Positions 1 to 13,159 of a stretch of 64,000 nucleotides of DNA are shown in pieces. The notes beneath the pieces were generated by a model. The model did no database searches and was not told the origin of the DNA. It saw only the letters and a program-made list of their open reading frames with translations. The DNA comes from Octopus sinensis. Taxonomy: Eukaryota. The stretch covers positions 39,432,001 through 39,496,000 of the forward strand of contig NC_042999.1 in assembly GCF_006345805.1 (NCBI RefSeq), in the 5' to 3' direction. The number at the start of each line of letters is the position of its first letter. Position 1 is the first letter of the stretch. Both the position numbers and the translations under genes were made by a program.

Positions 1-170
1 TAACGGGACCTCGCATGGCTGACCGGTTCGCAGAACACCTCTGAGACATCCGACTCGGCAATGGCATCCGAGCGCCATTTCGCTCTACCGTTCGTTCTTT
101 GCAATCTTCTCTCTTCGCTTCTTTGCGCCACATGGGCTCAACCCTCTTCCACTCTTCATCTAACCTCCTC
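1..170 (+). mobile_element. Penelope-like element GIY-YIG C-terminal remnant (degenerate)
   Basis: Frame from base 3 reads TGPRMADRFAEHL*DIRLGN; a nearby frame reads FSLRFFAPHGLN. Both resemble the end of PLE GIY-YIG endonucleases. A pyrimidine-rich tract follows. Confidence 0.55.
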
Positions 171-2737
171 CCCTCGCCTCTGTTCCACTCACACCTACTT
201 CCGCCCACCTACCTCTCTTCTCTTGCTCCGACTCCTACTTTTCTTCACACCTACTTCCTTCTCTCTTCTCTTCATCTTACCCACCATCTTCTTTCTCCTC
301 CATCGTTACCCCTCCCTTGTAAGCCCACACCCGCCCCTACACAATCCAGCCCACTTCCTTTTTTACACGTAATGTTTATATTTTGCATGGTTTCAAATTA
401 TTGTCCTCAGCAGATAGCCTAATGAAATATTTGGATTTGTTGCCACCAACCTGGCTAGGCAAAATATCTTATGGCATGTTATTCTCATCAACGGCCAACC
501 ATCCGACTGCCTTAAGATGCATATAGAATGTGGATTATATGCCTGGGATCCATCCATGCAAAGAGGTGTAGTGGGAAACATGTTAACAATATTTTTCAAG
601 GGCGTCTTTAATATTGAAGTTTCATTCTTGCGGAAATTAAACTGCTTCATATTACAGACTTCTAGTGCATATATTTAAGGAGTGTACTTATTTGAAACAA
701 CATAATTATTTTTTAGTAAAATATAAATTGTTTTCATAATTAAAATACAGGGTCAGTAACCCAAAAAATGGAAACAATTCTGGAATAATTTTTCGATAGG
801 TTAAATGTTGAATAGACTGTTATCAATTAGGATCACGTCTAGAAAAAATAAGAGAAAATCATGATTCTATTTGTCTCGATGTTACTGTATTGATTTAATA
901 AATATACTGAACAGTGAGTATATATCATTAATTCATCTTCACATTTGGGTTTATTTAAAATATAATTAACGATATTCGCTTTGCCCCCAGTTCATAATCT
1001 CAATATTCGTCCCCGCGTTAATCAATAGATATCGTTATCGCTGCTTATCTATTTCAAGCAAATGACATTAACGAGACAGGTTGAATTAAGGTCAGTAAAA
1101 TGTATAATGTATTTCCAGTCCATATCGCGCAACTATGACCTGCTCTTCTCTATTATGCAAACATGTTGTTATAATTTAGAGATAATGTTATTATTTATTC
1201 AAACCTTTCGCCTTTATCCCAATAAACATGAAGCAGTGTGCTTATTCAATCTTTAGAAATCTAGCTAAAGTTTCACTAAATTCAATTTACATTAAACAAG
1301 AGATTATTATAAATGTTGTAAAAAAATAAACTAAATCATTTAACTGAGATCAGCTCCACAATACGGCCCAAAATATAATCTGGCTCCATATATATTTGGA
1401 TGGTTTATTGATTATACTTGTTAATATTCCATCAGAAAATGTATTTGCCATGGACTGCTAAAGTTTATAGTTCATTTTGAGTCAATCTTCGAGTATATTC
1501 GAAGCGCATTCCAAACTATGTCGACTGCACAGTTTCACTTTTGTGCTTTACGTTTCGGGTGTATATTTATTTATAACCACATTGTTGAAAAATAGTCATA
1601 TGTGATATCCGTTCAGATAGTCCAGAGTTCTGAGGCAAAATGGTAACTAACAGATTAAACTGATATAGAGCATATTACGATGTAATCATTTTGATTTCAT
1701 TAAATTTTTAGGTTACAGGACGGACCATCCCGAAGTAGGGATAATTATTTTTTTTTATTGAAAAGGAGGAACGCAATACCCAATCTCCTTAATATCGAGC
1801 CTAAATCATATACGCATTCCATGAAATGTTAAATATTAGTTGGCATTATCAAAATTTGTGCTTAGAAATGAATCACTTTACTTAATTTTCGATACAGTGA
1901 ATCACATACGACTATAGAATCAAATAGATATTTCCTTTTTATAGCAATGCAGATCGTGAATTTTTCGAACTTATGGCGTATAGATGTATGAACTTAAGTA
2001 TCGTACATATATCTACGGCTTTTTGCCACTTGTTGAAAGTGTTACAGAAATTGTACTCTTTGATTTCGTGGATCTCCCGTTGGAGAAATTTCTTTTCACA
2101 TGCCTACAAATATCTGCTAGGTATGACATGTGAATAAACCAACTCATTCGTTAAATTTTGATACGGTTTAGTTTTGAATTATGAGAAATAATGGCGGCTT
2201 TCGGATCTTATAATTTCTGGAAACATTTTCTTAGTTCTTAGTAAACCTCTGTTGAAACACAGGATACGCAAGCCATTCCCAAACTCCTACTTCGAAAAGA
2301 AATTTTATATTAATAATAACAGAAATAAGAAGAACGGAGCGAAAAAGTTGAAGAAGAAATAGAAGACGAGTTGTAAACCAAGAACATACAGAATAATAAT
2401 AATAATCATAAGAAAAATAAAAGTACCAGTATCAATATCATCAGCAAATGAAGTGATAAATGTTAGACGAGCAGTCTTTGAAATGATAGAAGACGCATTG
2501 TTGATACTCTGGAAATAAATATCCCATATTTAAGGATATTTTGTACTAATTAATAAAGACCAGTTCATGCAAAGAATGAAAGTAACGTGGTATATATCAT
2601 ATATGCAAGAAATAGCAATTAAAGGATTCAAGAATAGAAATATTCGATTCTGATTTAGGGACAACGGTAATAATTTTGGTATGAAGGATGTTAGTCGGTG
2701 AAAATAATTCCTGTAATTGACTGCTATGACTTTTTAC

Positions 2738-2799
2738 CGACATCAGGGAAGTGAAAGAGAAAGTTGATGTCAGAAGGGTGAACTTTGCCATTCATCTTT
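2738..2799 (-). CDS. Candidate internal exon of an unidentified host gene (KMNGKVHPSDINFLFHFPDV)
   Basis: Minus strand: acceptor ctttacgttctctgcAG, 62 nt with one open frame, donor CG/GTaaaa. Phase-compatible with candidate exon 5623-5702. Confidence 0.35.
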
Positions 2800-3063
2800 C
2801 TGCAGAGAACGTAAAGACTAATTAAACATGGCTGCTTTATTTCGAAGTAGAAATGTTACAATAATATCCCCACATGCTCGCGTGCAACAGGTTTTGTTTC
2901 TTTTTACTTTCACCTTTAATGTCCTTCAGAACAACATATGGCTATATTATCTCAGTGATACCTGTGCCAGCTTTTACTCTACAGTGAGGTATTTTCCAGA
3001 GTAGGAGACTTATGTTGAACTCCTTTATACATATGTTTAATATGAATATTTATGTTATATATT

Positions 3064-3102
<39 letters not shown>

Positions 3103-3150
3103 GTATATAATATATGTATATGTTTATATCATCTATTATTTTCATTATTT

Positions 3151-3350
3151 ACATTTAACAAATATTTGTCCCCATCTTGTATGTTATTAACTCAACGTTT
3201 CGGCTGATATACTCTCCAGCCTTCATCAGGTGTCTTGGGTTCTCATTCCTAAGGTATTTTTCGATATTGATATTATTATTATTATTATTATTATTATCAT
3301 TATTATTATTATCATTATTATTATTATTATTATATTATTATTATTATTAA

Positions 3351-3408
<58 letters not shown>

Positions 3409-3505
3409 GTTATTGTTGTTGTTATTGTTGTTGTTGTTGTTATTCAGGTCACTGGCTGGAATCGAACTTAGAATTTTGGGGTTAGTAGCCCGCGCTCTTA
3501 AACAC
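3151..3505 (-). mobile_element. tRNA-headed SINE with internal (AAT/AAC)n tract and hammerhead-containing 3' tail; 5' end clipped
   Basis: Minus strand reads agtgtttaagagcgcgggctactaaccccaaaattctaaGTTCGATTCC (B box), then an (AAT)n run, then ...gacacCTGATGAaggctggagagtatatcagccGAAACgtt. Confidence 0.7.
3192..3234 (-). ncRNA. Minimal type I hammerhead ribozyme motif (family A)
   Basis: CUGAUGA core, extra A, stem II GGCUG/CAGCC, GAAAC, palindromic ACGU stem III, GUU cleavage triplet, stem I gacac/gagtt with one mismatch. Confidence 0.65.
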
Positions 3506-3521
3506 TGATTAATTTCCCCAA

Positions 3522-3567
3522 GACACCTGAGGAAGGCTGGAGAGTATATCAGCCGAAACGTTGTGGT
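3522..3567 (+). ncRNA. Minimal type I hammerhead ribozyme motif (family A), inverted second copy
   Basis: gacacCTGAGGAaggctggagagtatatcagccGAAACgttgtggt at 3522-3567; part of an inverted copy (3517-3600) of the SINE tail. Confidence 0.65.
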
Positions 3568-4367
3568 ATCAAGAAACAATATCCGTCAAATGTAAATAAT
3601 TTAAATAACGTACATTGCCCTAGCATGGCCACAGCTCGTGAGCTGAAACTAGAATCAATCAATCAATTCCGCATTTGTTATATATAGAACTCTAATATCG
3701 TCTATTGTACAATAAATTTACGCAAGCAGATATGCATATATCCTAGTATGATTTTTGAGGCTGTTTTCCACATACGCTTTTGATGGGTTTCGAAAATATA
3801 GTAGTCGATGGTAACACATATTCATGACGTAATTTAATCTATATACATTATAAATTGGACACCTGTATAGTAGGGAACCTATAGGGAACACATGTCTGTG
3901 CGCTTGTGTTTGCATGTGTGTATATGTATATATATATATATATGTATCTGTATATACGTGTATGTATGTGTATATACATATATATGTAGATAAATGGATA
4001 TGAATGTAAACAGATAGACATAAGATAGGTACATAGGTAATATCAACAGATAGGCACACCTACATGCATAAACACATACATACGCAAATGAAGGATGAAA
4101 CCCGTCTGTGTGTGTATACGGTCACGCATACTTCACTTCACACAAGAAAACATATGGCATCATACATCCATACATCCATACGTAACAGACGCACGTACAT
4201 ATTGACAAAAGCACATACGCAGACACACTTAGACATGCACACGCAAGGTGACAGAGGTATACAGACAGACACACACACACACATGCAACCACACACACAT
4301 GCAAAAACACAAACACGAGCATACAAACACATGAATATGCAGAAGAGATACATACAAACGTACACAC

Positions 4368-4428
<61 letters not shown>

Positions 4429-4974
4429 AAAAGCAATAAAGATTCAAGTTAATTTAAATGAATTTACTTGAATATGGTACCTAACTTAGATGCACCAAAA
4501 AAAACTATACTGTTTTAACAATACAGTAATGTGGGGTGATTATAAGCGAGAAAGAAGCAACAAGAATGGATAGGTTTTCAACAGCAATAAATTAGCTGTT
4601 TTACTGGCCAAAGAATAATATTCTCCTCTAGTTCCTAGATGCCTGTAAATTAAAACCAGACTTGCCGTCTACTAATTCTTCTGTATAACTAGAACCCTCT
4701 TTTTATCTTTATTTTTTCCCTTCTTTCCCTATTTCTTTCTCTCTTCTCTTTTTTCTGTTTCTTCTTCTTATTCTCTTTTTCCTTTTCTCTTCTCTTTTAG
4801 TCCCCTCTCCCCCTTTTTTGCTCCCTCCTCCTTTATTTTCTCTCTTTTCTTCTATTCCCTTCCCTTTCTATTCTTGGCCTCTCTAGAAAGCCCTTCAGCC
4901 TTTAAAAGTTAAATAGCTACAGCCTCTTGTAAATAGCAGTAATGTGATTAATGTGGCAAATACCTAATCATATA

Positions 4975-5275
4975 ACAAGAATTGATACCTACCTCATTGT
5001 GTTCAACCATTGATAAATTTATCGCCTGTGAATATGAAATTCCTCTTCATTTCTCTGGAAACTTACATCTACACCATTGGAAATTGTGCATCTATACAAA
5101 GGATTAATTCACCCTCTCTGTAATGCTAATAAGCAGGAATTGAGACCCACCTCGTTGTGATTAACAATGGATAAATTTGTCTTCTGTGAGTATGTAATCC
5201 CTCATCATATCTCTGGAAATTCATATGTGCTCTATGGATTAGGTCACCTTCTCTTTGATGCTATTAGAACTTTTT
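4975..5275. repeat. Degenerate tandem duplication, period ~158 bp
   Basis: caagaattgatacctacctcattgtg...ctctggaaac (from ~4976) versus caggaattgagacccacctcgttgtg...ctctggaaat (from ~5134). Confidence 0.6.
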
Positions 5276-5622
5276 TAAATTCTGTGATAAGACTGTACAT
5301 CATCTTTAAAGAACTTTAATGAACTTTGGAAATCTGTTTATGTTACTTAATTATCTACATTACTTCATGAGTATAGCCTCAACCACTAGGATGTCTAGAG
5401 AACTCACATGTATTTTAGCTGATGAGTACGGGACACGTTTATATGCTGTAATTTTTACAACTTTTAATAAAGCCTGTCCTTGTATGAAACGATTGTACTA
5501 AAAACCTATCCATTCTTGTTGCTTCTTTCTCGCGTATATATATATATGTATATATATGCATTCATACAAGGAATGTATACATGCATACATACATACATAC
5601 ATATGTGTATGCGCACGCTCAC

Positions 5623-5702
5623 TCTCCTACACACATCCGCACAATCAGAAGAAAGTAACGCAGCTCGGGTAACGGACAGAGTGAACGACTATTGGAAATA
5701 TT
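5623..5702 (-). CDS. Candidate internal exon of an unidentified host gene (NISNSRSLCPLPELRYFLLIVRMCVG)
   Basis: Acceptor ttattttgattttatccAG, donor GA/GTgagc, 80 nt with only one open frame. The terminal GA joins the first A of 2799 to give E in frame. Confidence 0.35.
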
Positions 5703-5923
5703 CTGGATAAAATCAAAATAAATAAATGATTGGAAACTGAATCGATGAGTGCATTAAATAATTTGACACTAAAAGAGAATGAATCTGCTCAGATAAACAG
5801 CACACACACACACACACATATACACACAGTCACACACACGCACACATATATATATATATATAGAAAAGTACATAAGGATAAAATCAACGTAATGATTTAT
5901 AGGTAATTTATACATTAAACTGC

Positions 5924-5960
<37 letters not shown>

Positions 5961-6558
5961 TTAGTGAAGGGAAGAAATTTTGAATTATCCGTAACAAGAT
6001 AATTCATTTATCCATTTCATTAAACATATATATATTTGTAAATAGAGGAATACAGATATATTATATGTGTACATGTATGGTGGCATATATATGTGTATAT
6101 ATAGGTGTGTGAGTACATGTTTCACGTGAGTGTGAGTGAGCATAAGCACAGAAGCACATGTATGTGGGTGTGCGTTTACCATGATAGATCGGTAGCCACT
6201 TCAAACTTTTGTCTCTCCTTGTTTCTCTCTGTGTTCCTTTCTGTGGAAGAACGTAGGCTCGAAACTTTAAAAAATGTTCAATTCCCGAGCGTGATGCTAA
6301 TACATATGTTTATTTTCTACACCACCTGTATTCGTCTTTTGTTTCTACGAGAATTCTCCCCATGTGCGTATATATGTACATGCGCGCATGGGCGATTTCT
6401 ATGAGGTTTTTAACTTTTTTTTTTCTACTTTCTCCCCTTCGGTATTTTTCCCCTTTATTTAGCAGTCATTCTTATAGCTCTATTGTTTTAATAACGGTCA
6501 ATTACCTATTAATTTCCCTTGTTTAACGGTCATTTTCATAGCATTTTTTGATTGCGTT

Positions 6559-6620
6559 GATAACTGACGAGATGCCGGAACAAATTTCCACGTAAATATC
6601 TGAAACTCGGAGTTTTATTA
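6559..6620 (+). ncRNA. Hammerhead-like motif (family C), probably degenerate
   Basis: CTGACGA at 6564, GAAAC at 6602, near-palindromic stem III ACTC-G-GAGT. Stems I and II each need a 1-nt correction. Confidence 0.4.
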
Positions 6621-6758
6621 TGGCAACCGAAAAATTGTCACGTTATATTTCACACGCACGAACACACACACACACGCACGCACACACGCGCACACAAACA
6701 CACACACACGCACGCACACACGCGCACACAAACACACACACACGCACGCACACACGCG

Positions 6759-6814
<56 letters not shown>

Positions 6815-7378
6815 TTATATTACATATCTATATATGTGTATGTATGTATATACTTATATTAGGGGAGGAAGGGCGGAAAACGACATGCTCAAAAATATAT
6901 AATTATTAATTTAAGGTATAAATTACCGATATTTTTTTATTGCATGCTGACTACTTGATGAAAATCATAAACCTGGTTTTATCCTTATATTCTCTTATTA
7001 ATTAATAAATGAAATAAAACAATATAATTAATACCATTTCATGCGGATCTATTTTGATAATATACTGGTAGCTGTCGTGAAAAGAATATAAATCTGAATA
7101 TTTGTATGTCGACATGCGAATCAGCTTTGTACGGGTATGCATAATTATCTGTATGTATAATTATTCGTATTTGTTGACGAAGGAAAAAAACCCTGCTTTA
7201 TGGCTTTAATCCAGAAATTGGACCCAATTCACAATTAACGTGATGTCTTTTTAATATTTTTCACTCGACCAACTACAGCCCGTATATAGTTTGGAGATTT
7301 TGGGTAGTATCTGAGTGTCTCGGCATTTTCAAGCATGTTTCCGCCCTTACTTCCGCCCCATAATATAATTGTATATAT

Positions 7379-7448
<70 letters not shown>

Positions 7449-7458
7449 ACACATATAT

Positions 7459-7491
<33 letters not shown>

Positions 7492-7882
7492 CACATATAT
7501 ATATACACATAGATACACGTATATACATATATATATATATATACATACATATATATATATATACATATATACACATACATACATATACATACATACATAT
7601 GTACACATATATATATATAATGATACTGGTATATATACATATATAGAGAAAGTATTACATACAAGCGCATACACAGGTATATATATATGCATATATGCAT
7701 TTATTTGTTTAAATGTACGTATACGTATACAATAACGTATATGTAGTAACATTTATCTATAGAAAGATGTTGCGAACATTCATATACACAAAGACGTAGT
7801 CAGACTTTTCTTTATTCTCTCTCTCTCTCACACACTCTCTCTCTCTCTCTCTCTCTCTCTCGCCCACTGTCCTAGACACATA

Positions 7883-8047
7883 ATTATAGAGAAGTGCAAA
7901 ACTAGAAAAGCTGCAACTAGTCGAACATTATATAGGAACCGATATAACATGAGAATGCTATTTTCGTTGTCTTTGTAGGCGTTGACTATTTTTACAAAAC
8001 TACCGAGTATTATGATTTGTGTCAACAACATTCAGCGAAGCAAAGGA
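7883..8047 (+). repeat. Local dispersed duplicate, copy 1 (copy 2 at 9501-9650)
   Basis: Near-identical attatagagaagtgcaaaactagaaaagc...ttcagcgaagcaaagga; copy 2 lacks ~15 bp internally. Confidence 0.9.
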
Positions 8048-8240
8048 GCTTAATTACATGTGAGAATCTTTAAATATTGATCTTGCAACTGGAATCTGTT
8101 TGTACGCCATATAAATGTTACCTATTTTTCCTTTCAAGAATCTTTCTGTCGGAATAATATAATTTTTTTTTACTGCATTAATTATGATGAATGTGATGAT
8201 GAGGAAGGTCGACGACGACGATGAAAATGATGAGGCGGAA

Positions 8241-8330
<90 letters not shown>

Positions 8331-8419
8331 ATAATAAAGATAATAATAATGATAATAATAATAATAATAATAATGATAATAATGATAATAATAATAATAA
8401 TAATAATAATAACATAACA

Positions 8420-8632
8420 TAACAAAAATAACATAACAAAAACACCAGGACTTACAAACACATATAACATACAGAAAATTGCACTACCAAGCACTGCACA
8501 CATCCTACGCAGAACACTTTCCATACAATAACCATCAGAGCATCACAACAAATCACAGCACATACCCAAGGCACACAGAGCTGCGCTCGGTAGTGAAGTT
8601 AAAGCACGCTATAAAAAATAAAACTACTGAAT
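8420..8632 (+). mobile_element. 3' end fragment of an R4/Dong-like RLE LINE (second subfamily) inside (TAA)n
   Basis: Reads NITKTPGLTNTYNIQKIALPSTAHILRRTLSIQ*, matching the C-terminus of the 16427-18346 ORF (VQKIVLMGTAHILRKILSM). (AAT)n on both sides. Confidence 0.8.
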
Positions 8633-9134
8633 AATTATAATAATAATATTAATCTCTGCCCTAGGTGTATGGAAAACACTCGGCGAGAAACGGAGGAAAA
8701 TTTGAAGAAAGAAGGAAAAAACAAAATAATAATAAAAATACTGATGATGATTATAATGATGATGATAATGACGATGATGATATAATTCATATAATTCCCT
8801 ACGCCGTAGAACTTAGACTGTGCTTACTGAAATAGTTATAGCAGAATAATTCAGATTTTGCTTCAAAGCAGAAACGTATATATTAATCGGATGAATTTCA
8901 AATTGTATGAGGGGATATTTACGCCGATTGGAAAATGTTTATGTATTTGAAGTGCAATGACATGTAAAGGAAAATAAATTATATATTTAATGAATGCGAT
9001 CTCTGAAATTTAATATAATTGTCTGTATCACTAGAAATTCGCAGAGAAACCCACCACCACCGCATACACAAACAAAAATAATCTCGTAAATATTCGTGGT
9101 CTGTACACTATTTGTCTAATACTTGCGTCTTTGT

Positions 9135-9350
9135 TCAGGGAGAATGTAGACAGCAGTTGCTAATATGGCGACTTCGTTTCTGAAGTTGTATTAGCGTTTC
9201 TGTGATTTCTCTGCAAGACAGCAACAATAAATGTCTATGCACCACAACAATGAACACTAATTCTTCCCCACTCAGCTCACATGATATATTCGTTCGTTGA
9301 ATCCCGTTGGGTTCTAAAGGGTGGGTAAATATTATAGGAGTACTCAATAG
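9135..9350 (+). mobile_element. LINE apurinic endonuclease fragment (degenerate)
   Basis: Contains TATINVYAPQ, resembling the APE I(I/V)NVYAP motif; the rest is decayed. Confidence 0.4.
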
Positions 9351-9500
9351 ATATTGTAGATGATATGTTTCTTTGAAAAAATTGGAAAAAATTCTCGACT
9401 TCTTGCATGAGCATTGCAGTGGCGTGAAATGCAAGACACGAGTTTTAGGTTCAATAATACGAATATATATATGTTGCGAATAATGATAATTATTATCATT

Positions 9501-9650
9501 ATTATAGAGAAGTGCAAAACTAGAAAAGCTGCAACTAGTCGAACATTATATACGAGAATGCTATGTTCGTTGTCTTTGTAGGCGTTGACTATTTTTACAA
9601 AACTACCGAGTATTATGATTTGTGTCAACAACATTCAGCGAAGCAAAGGA
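9501..9650 (+). repeat. Local dispersed duplicate, copy 2 of 7883-8047
   Basis: Direct sequence match; abuts the broken 3' end of the RTE element at 9651. Confidence 0.9.
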
Positions 9651-10935
9651 TGGTAAGACAACTGATTTGTAAAGAGCGAGCTTTGTATTCTTATTTATAT
9701 GTTGCTGGCACCAAACGCGTGACTCCAAGCTACCAAATACTTTTGCTGCCTTTCGAATTCGCAGCAGTATTTCTGTATGAAGATTTCCATCATTTTGGAC
9801 AGAGCTTCTAAGGTAGACGAACGAATCGACAACCTGAAGTAACTTACCCTTAAGAAAAATTTTAGGTGGGTTACAAATAGCACCACAAGCAGGCTGATGC
9901 ATTACAACATGTTTATTTTGCAAGTTGATGGTCAAGCCAAAATCATCACAAGCTGAGTAAATTAGAGATACAATAGATTGCAGACTTGTTTCAGAATGAC
10001 TGAGAAGATCGCAATCTTCAGCATACAAAAGTTCTCGAATGAGTGAGTGTAAAAACCTTCGTTTTGAATTTCAGTCTGGTCAGATTAAAAACATTCCCTG
10101 TAGTTCTATATTTTATGTAAATACCCTCCTCAGAGTTTTGAAAAGCATGTGACTACACAGCAGCAAATTATATTGAAAAGAGGGTGGGTGCATCAAGGTC
10201 TGTTTGCTTTCCTCCATTTTCCACAGTAAAAGATTCACAGACCCTGCCACCAAAACTAAATCTAGCTTTCATATCTTGGTGCAAAACCCTGACCATGTTT
10301 ACAATTTTTTTCTGGGCAACCTATTTTCCTTAGAATTAGCCACAGGACATTTCAATTAACAATATCGAATGCTTTGCTCAAATCAACAAAGCAATTTTAT
10401 ATAGCAAGATTCTGTTCAGTGCACTTTTCTTGTAAATATCTGGCAGTAAAGCTACAATCAGCTGTGTCCCTGGAGGAACGAAAACCACAGAGACGCAGAT
10501 ACTATATTTGGAACTATAAAGGTATTTAAAAATTTTAACACAATGCAGGCAAGTACCTTTCCAGCCACAGACAAAAGCGAAATCCCACAAAAATTAGTTC
10601 TGCACAGATTCCATCAGACCCTGGAGACTTATGTTATTCAACTTATTCACAGCTAAATGAATGTCATTTAGAGTTGGTTCAAATGCTAGCTCTTCTCTAA
10701 CTGGAAAGTGTTAAATTTTTTCTATCGCCCTCATATCAACGGATGATGGTCTATTCAAAAGTGCAGAGAAATGTTCTACCCAACGCTCATGAAATAAGTG
10801 TGTCAGTCAGAAGAAAATGTCCATTTGCTGTTCTCACTGGAGCTATTGAGGAAGATTTTGGGCCATATACCTCCTAACATAAGAGCACAAACACTTGGCA
10901 TCATTTCTATCAGCTGATTCATGTACTCGTTTTGC
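9651..10935 (-). mobile_element. RTE (BovB-like) LINE reverse transcriptase remnant
   Basis: Minus-strand frames give RWVEHFSALLN, KSPGSDGI, GISLLSVAGK, FVDLSKAFD, LYAEDC (YADD), FGLTIN and EILLRIRKAAKVFGSL, with many stops and frameshifts. Confidence 0.9.
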
Positions 10936-10946
10936 TCTATCATTCC

Positions 10947-11600
10947 GCCACTGCTGTGAAATAAATCCACTGATTACAAAAATAGAAATAATACATTTCT
11001 AAATATCTCAGAGACTGTCACATTAAGTTGACAGTATACAACTTAATATTATCAGTACGGACATTTTCTCTTGTTTTTGTATGATTTATGCAATAAAAAT
11101 GTCATTGCCGAGGATGATAATTAGCTATGTTTGTGACATACTTTCATATTAAGTTGACATATTTTCACATTAAGTTGACAGTATACAACTACTCTATCGT
11201 ACCACTACTGCATATATCTCCGAGATATTTAGAAATATATTATTTCTATTTTTGTCATCAGTGGATATATTTCACTAGAATTCTTATATGTTTACAAGAG
11301 ATAGATAGACATCTCCAACTAGCAAGCCATATTATTCCAGACTGATGACGAGCAAAGACTCAGAAACTAGTTTCTGGTTGCAGGCTTAGCCGGGTGGGGT
11401 GCTTATCCCCCCTTGTAAGCATAAGAACTCAGGAAATGTGTCAAGGCCGACAGGAAGCGTTGCTGCTTCCTAGGGCTAAATAGGAGTAGTGTCATTTCCT
11501 TCATGGGACTGTCACATTTCGTTGACTGTATACAACTACTCTATCTACTGCATATATCTCTCTGAGATAATTAGAAATGTATTATTTCTAATATTATTCA
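10947..11600 (+). mobile_element. Retrozyme-like hammerhead repeat (family B), ~1.3 tandem units of 347 nt plus an inverted partial copy (10947-11013)
   Basis: cacatt..gttgac..tatacaactactctatc at 11166 and 11513 (period 347). 10947-11013 is the reverse complement of ~11217-11275. HHR at 11337-11377. Confidence 0.7.
11337..11377 (+). ncRNA. Minimal type I hammerhead ribozyme motif (family B)
   Basis: ccaga-CTGATGA-cgagcaaagactca-GAAACTAGTT-tctgg: stem I ccaga/tctgg, stem II GAG/CTC, palindromic ACTAGT stem III. Position 10.1/11.1 is a C.A mismatch. Confidence 0.65.
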
Positions 11601-12715
11601 TATTTAATTCTTATTCACACATCGTACCTTTTTTATATGCATATATATATGTATATTTGTACATATATATATATGTATGTATGTCTGTGTGTGTCTGTGT
11701 GTGTGTGTGCGTGTGTATGTGTATATATGCATATACATATACATATATTTATAATTGTATATATATATATATATATATGTTTGTATATATGCAGTAATAG
11801 TTATAGTGGTTAGAAAAAAAGAACGACACCAACAAAAACAAGAACAAGAAGAACAACAACAATGCCAATCAATTTAATTAAGTCACTGTAGAGATGTTTT
11901 AGGAGGCATTTTAGTGAAGACAGCATTTTTATCCTTTTTTCCGATAAAACTTTAAATCTTGAAATGAAATATGAAAATATGTCACAAACGTAGCTAATTA
12001 TCATCCCCAGCACTGACTTTATTATTGCATAAATCATACAAAAACAAGCGAAAAATGTCCATACTGATAACATTAATACGCCAGCATAATATAAATTCGC
12101 CGTTTAACTATGTTGTTAATTGGATAAATCTGTACAATTTTGACAGAGACAATGGGATTTATTATGTCTGAAAATCAAAATGAAGGAATGAAACAATAAG
12201 AAAGTTACAGCAGGAAAATGGAATCTGATATGAATAAGGGATTAAATACACGAAACGTAATTATTATTGTGCCAAAAGGTCAGGATAAAATCGGCATCTG
12301 TTAAGCTGGCTGCTGGAAATTTATTTGAATCAGGAAAGTATTTTCGTACTGAGGGTCTATGGGCACAAATCATTAATTAAATTTTGACGCATGGATGAGT
12401 TAAGATGACGAAATTTATTTTGCCCCTTGCAGTTTTCCCCGGTCACGAAACTAGAAAACGTATTCTTAACACTTCAAAATTGGTTCAAATCGTCGCTCGA
12501 ACTTCAAATTCATTAACGATTTTCGATCGGAAACAAAATATGCCCTTCTTATATATACACACAAAGATATTTACATATAAAAATAGATTTTTATGTAGTT
12601 ATGTACTTTAAAGGTATTTTGATTCTGGATATAGTAAATTTCATAGAATTTCATACAAATATATATCCTCATTAGCAGAAACCTTCGAAATACGAGGAGA
12701 AATATTAGAGACGTC

Positions 12716-13159
12716 GGAGTGCGTGTGTGGTAAGTAGCTTGCTTACCAGCCACATGGTTCCAGGTTCAATCCCACTGCGTGGCAATTTGGGCAAGTGTCT
12801 TCAACTATAGCCTTGGGCCGAGCAAAGCCTTGTGAGAAGATTTGGTAGACGGAAACTGAAAGAAGCCCGCCGTATATATATATATATGTGTGTGTGTGCG
12901 TGCGGGTGTGTGTGAGTGTGTACGCGCGCATGTGTGTGTGTGTGTATGTTTGTGTGTCTGTGTTTATCCCCCAACATCGCTTGAGAACCGATGCTGGTGT
13001 GTTTACGTCCCCGTGAGTAAGCGGTTCGGTAAAAGAGACCGATAGAATAAGTACTAGGCTTACAAAGAATACGTCCCGGGGTCGATTTGCTCGACGAAAG
13101 GCGGTGCTCTAGTATGGCTACAGTCAAATGACTGAAACAAGTAAAATAGTAAAAGAATA
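12716..13159 (+). mobile_element. tRNA-derived SINE with internal (TA/TG)n microsatellite
   Basis: Head gtgtggtaagtagcttgc...ggttcaatcccactgcg (B-box-like), internal microsatellite, 3' tail actgaaacaagtaaaa. Related copies at 47340 and 49800. Confidence 0.85.
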
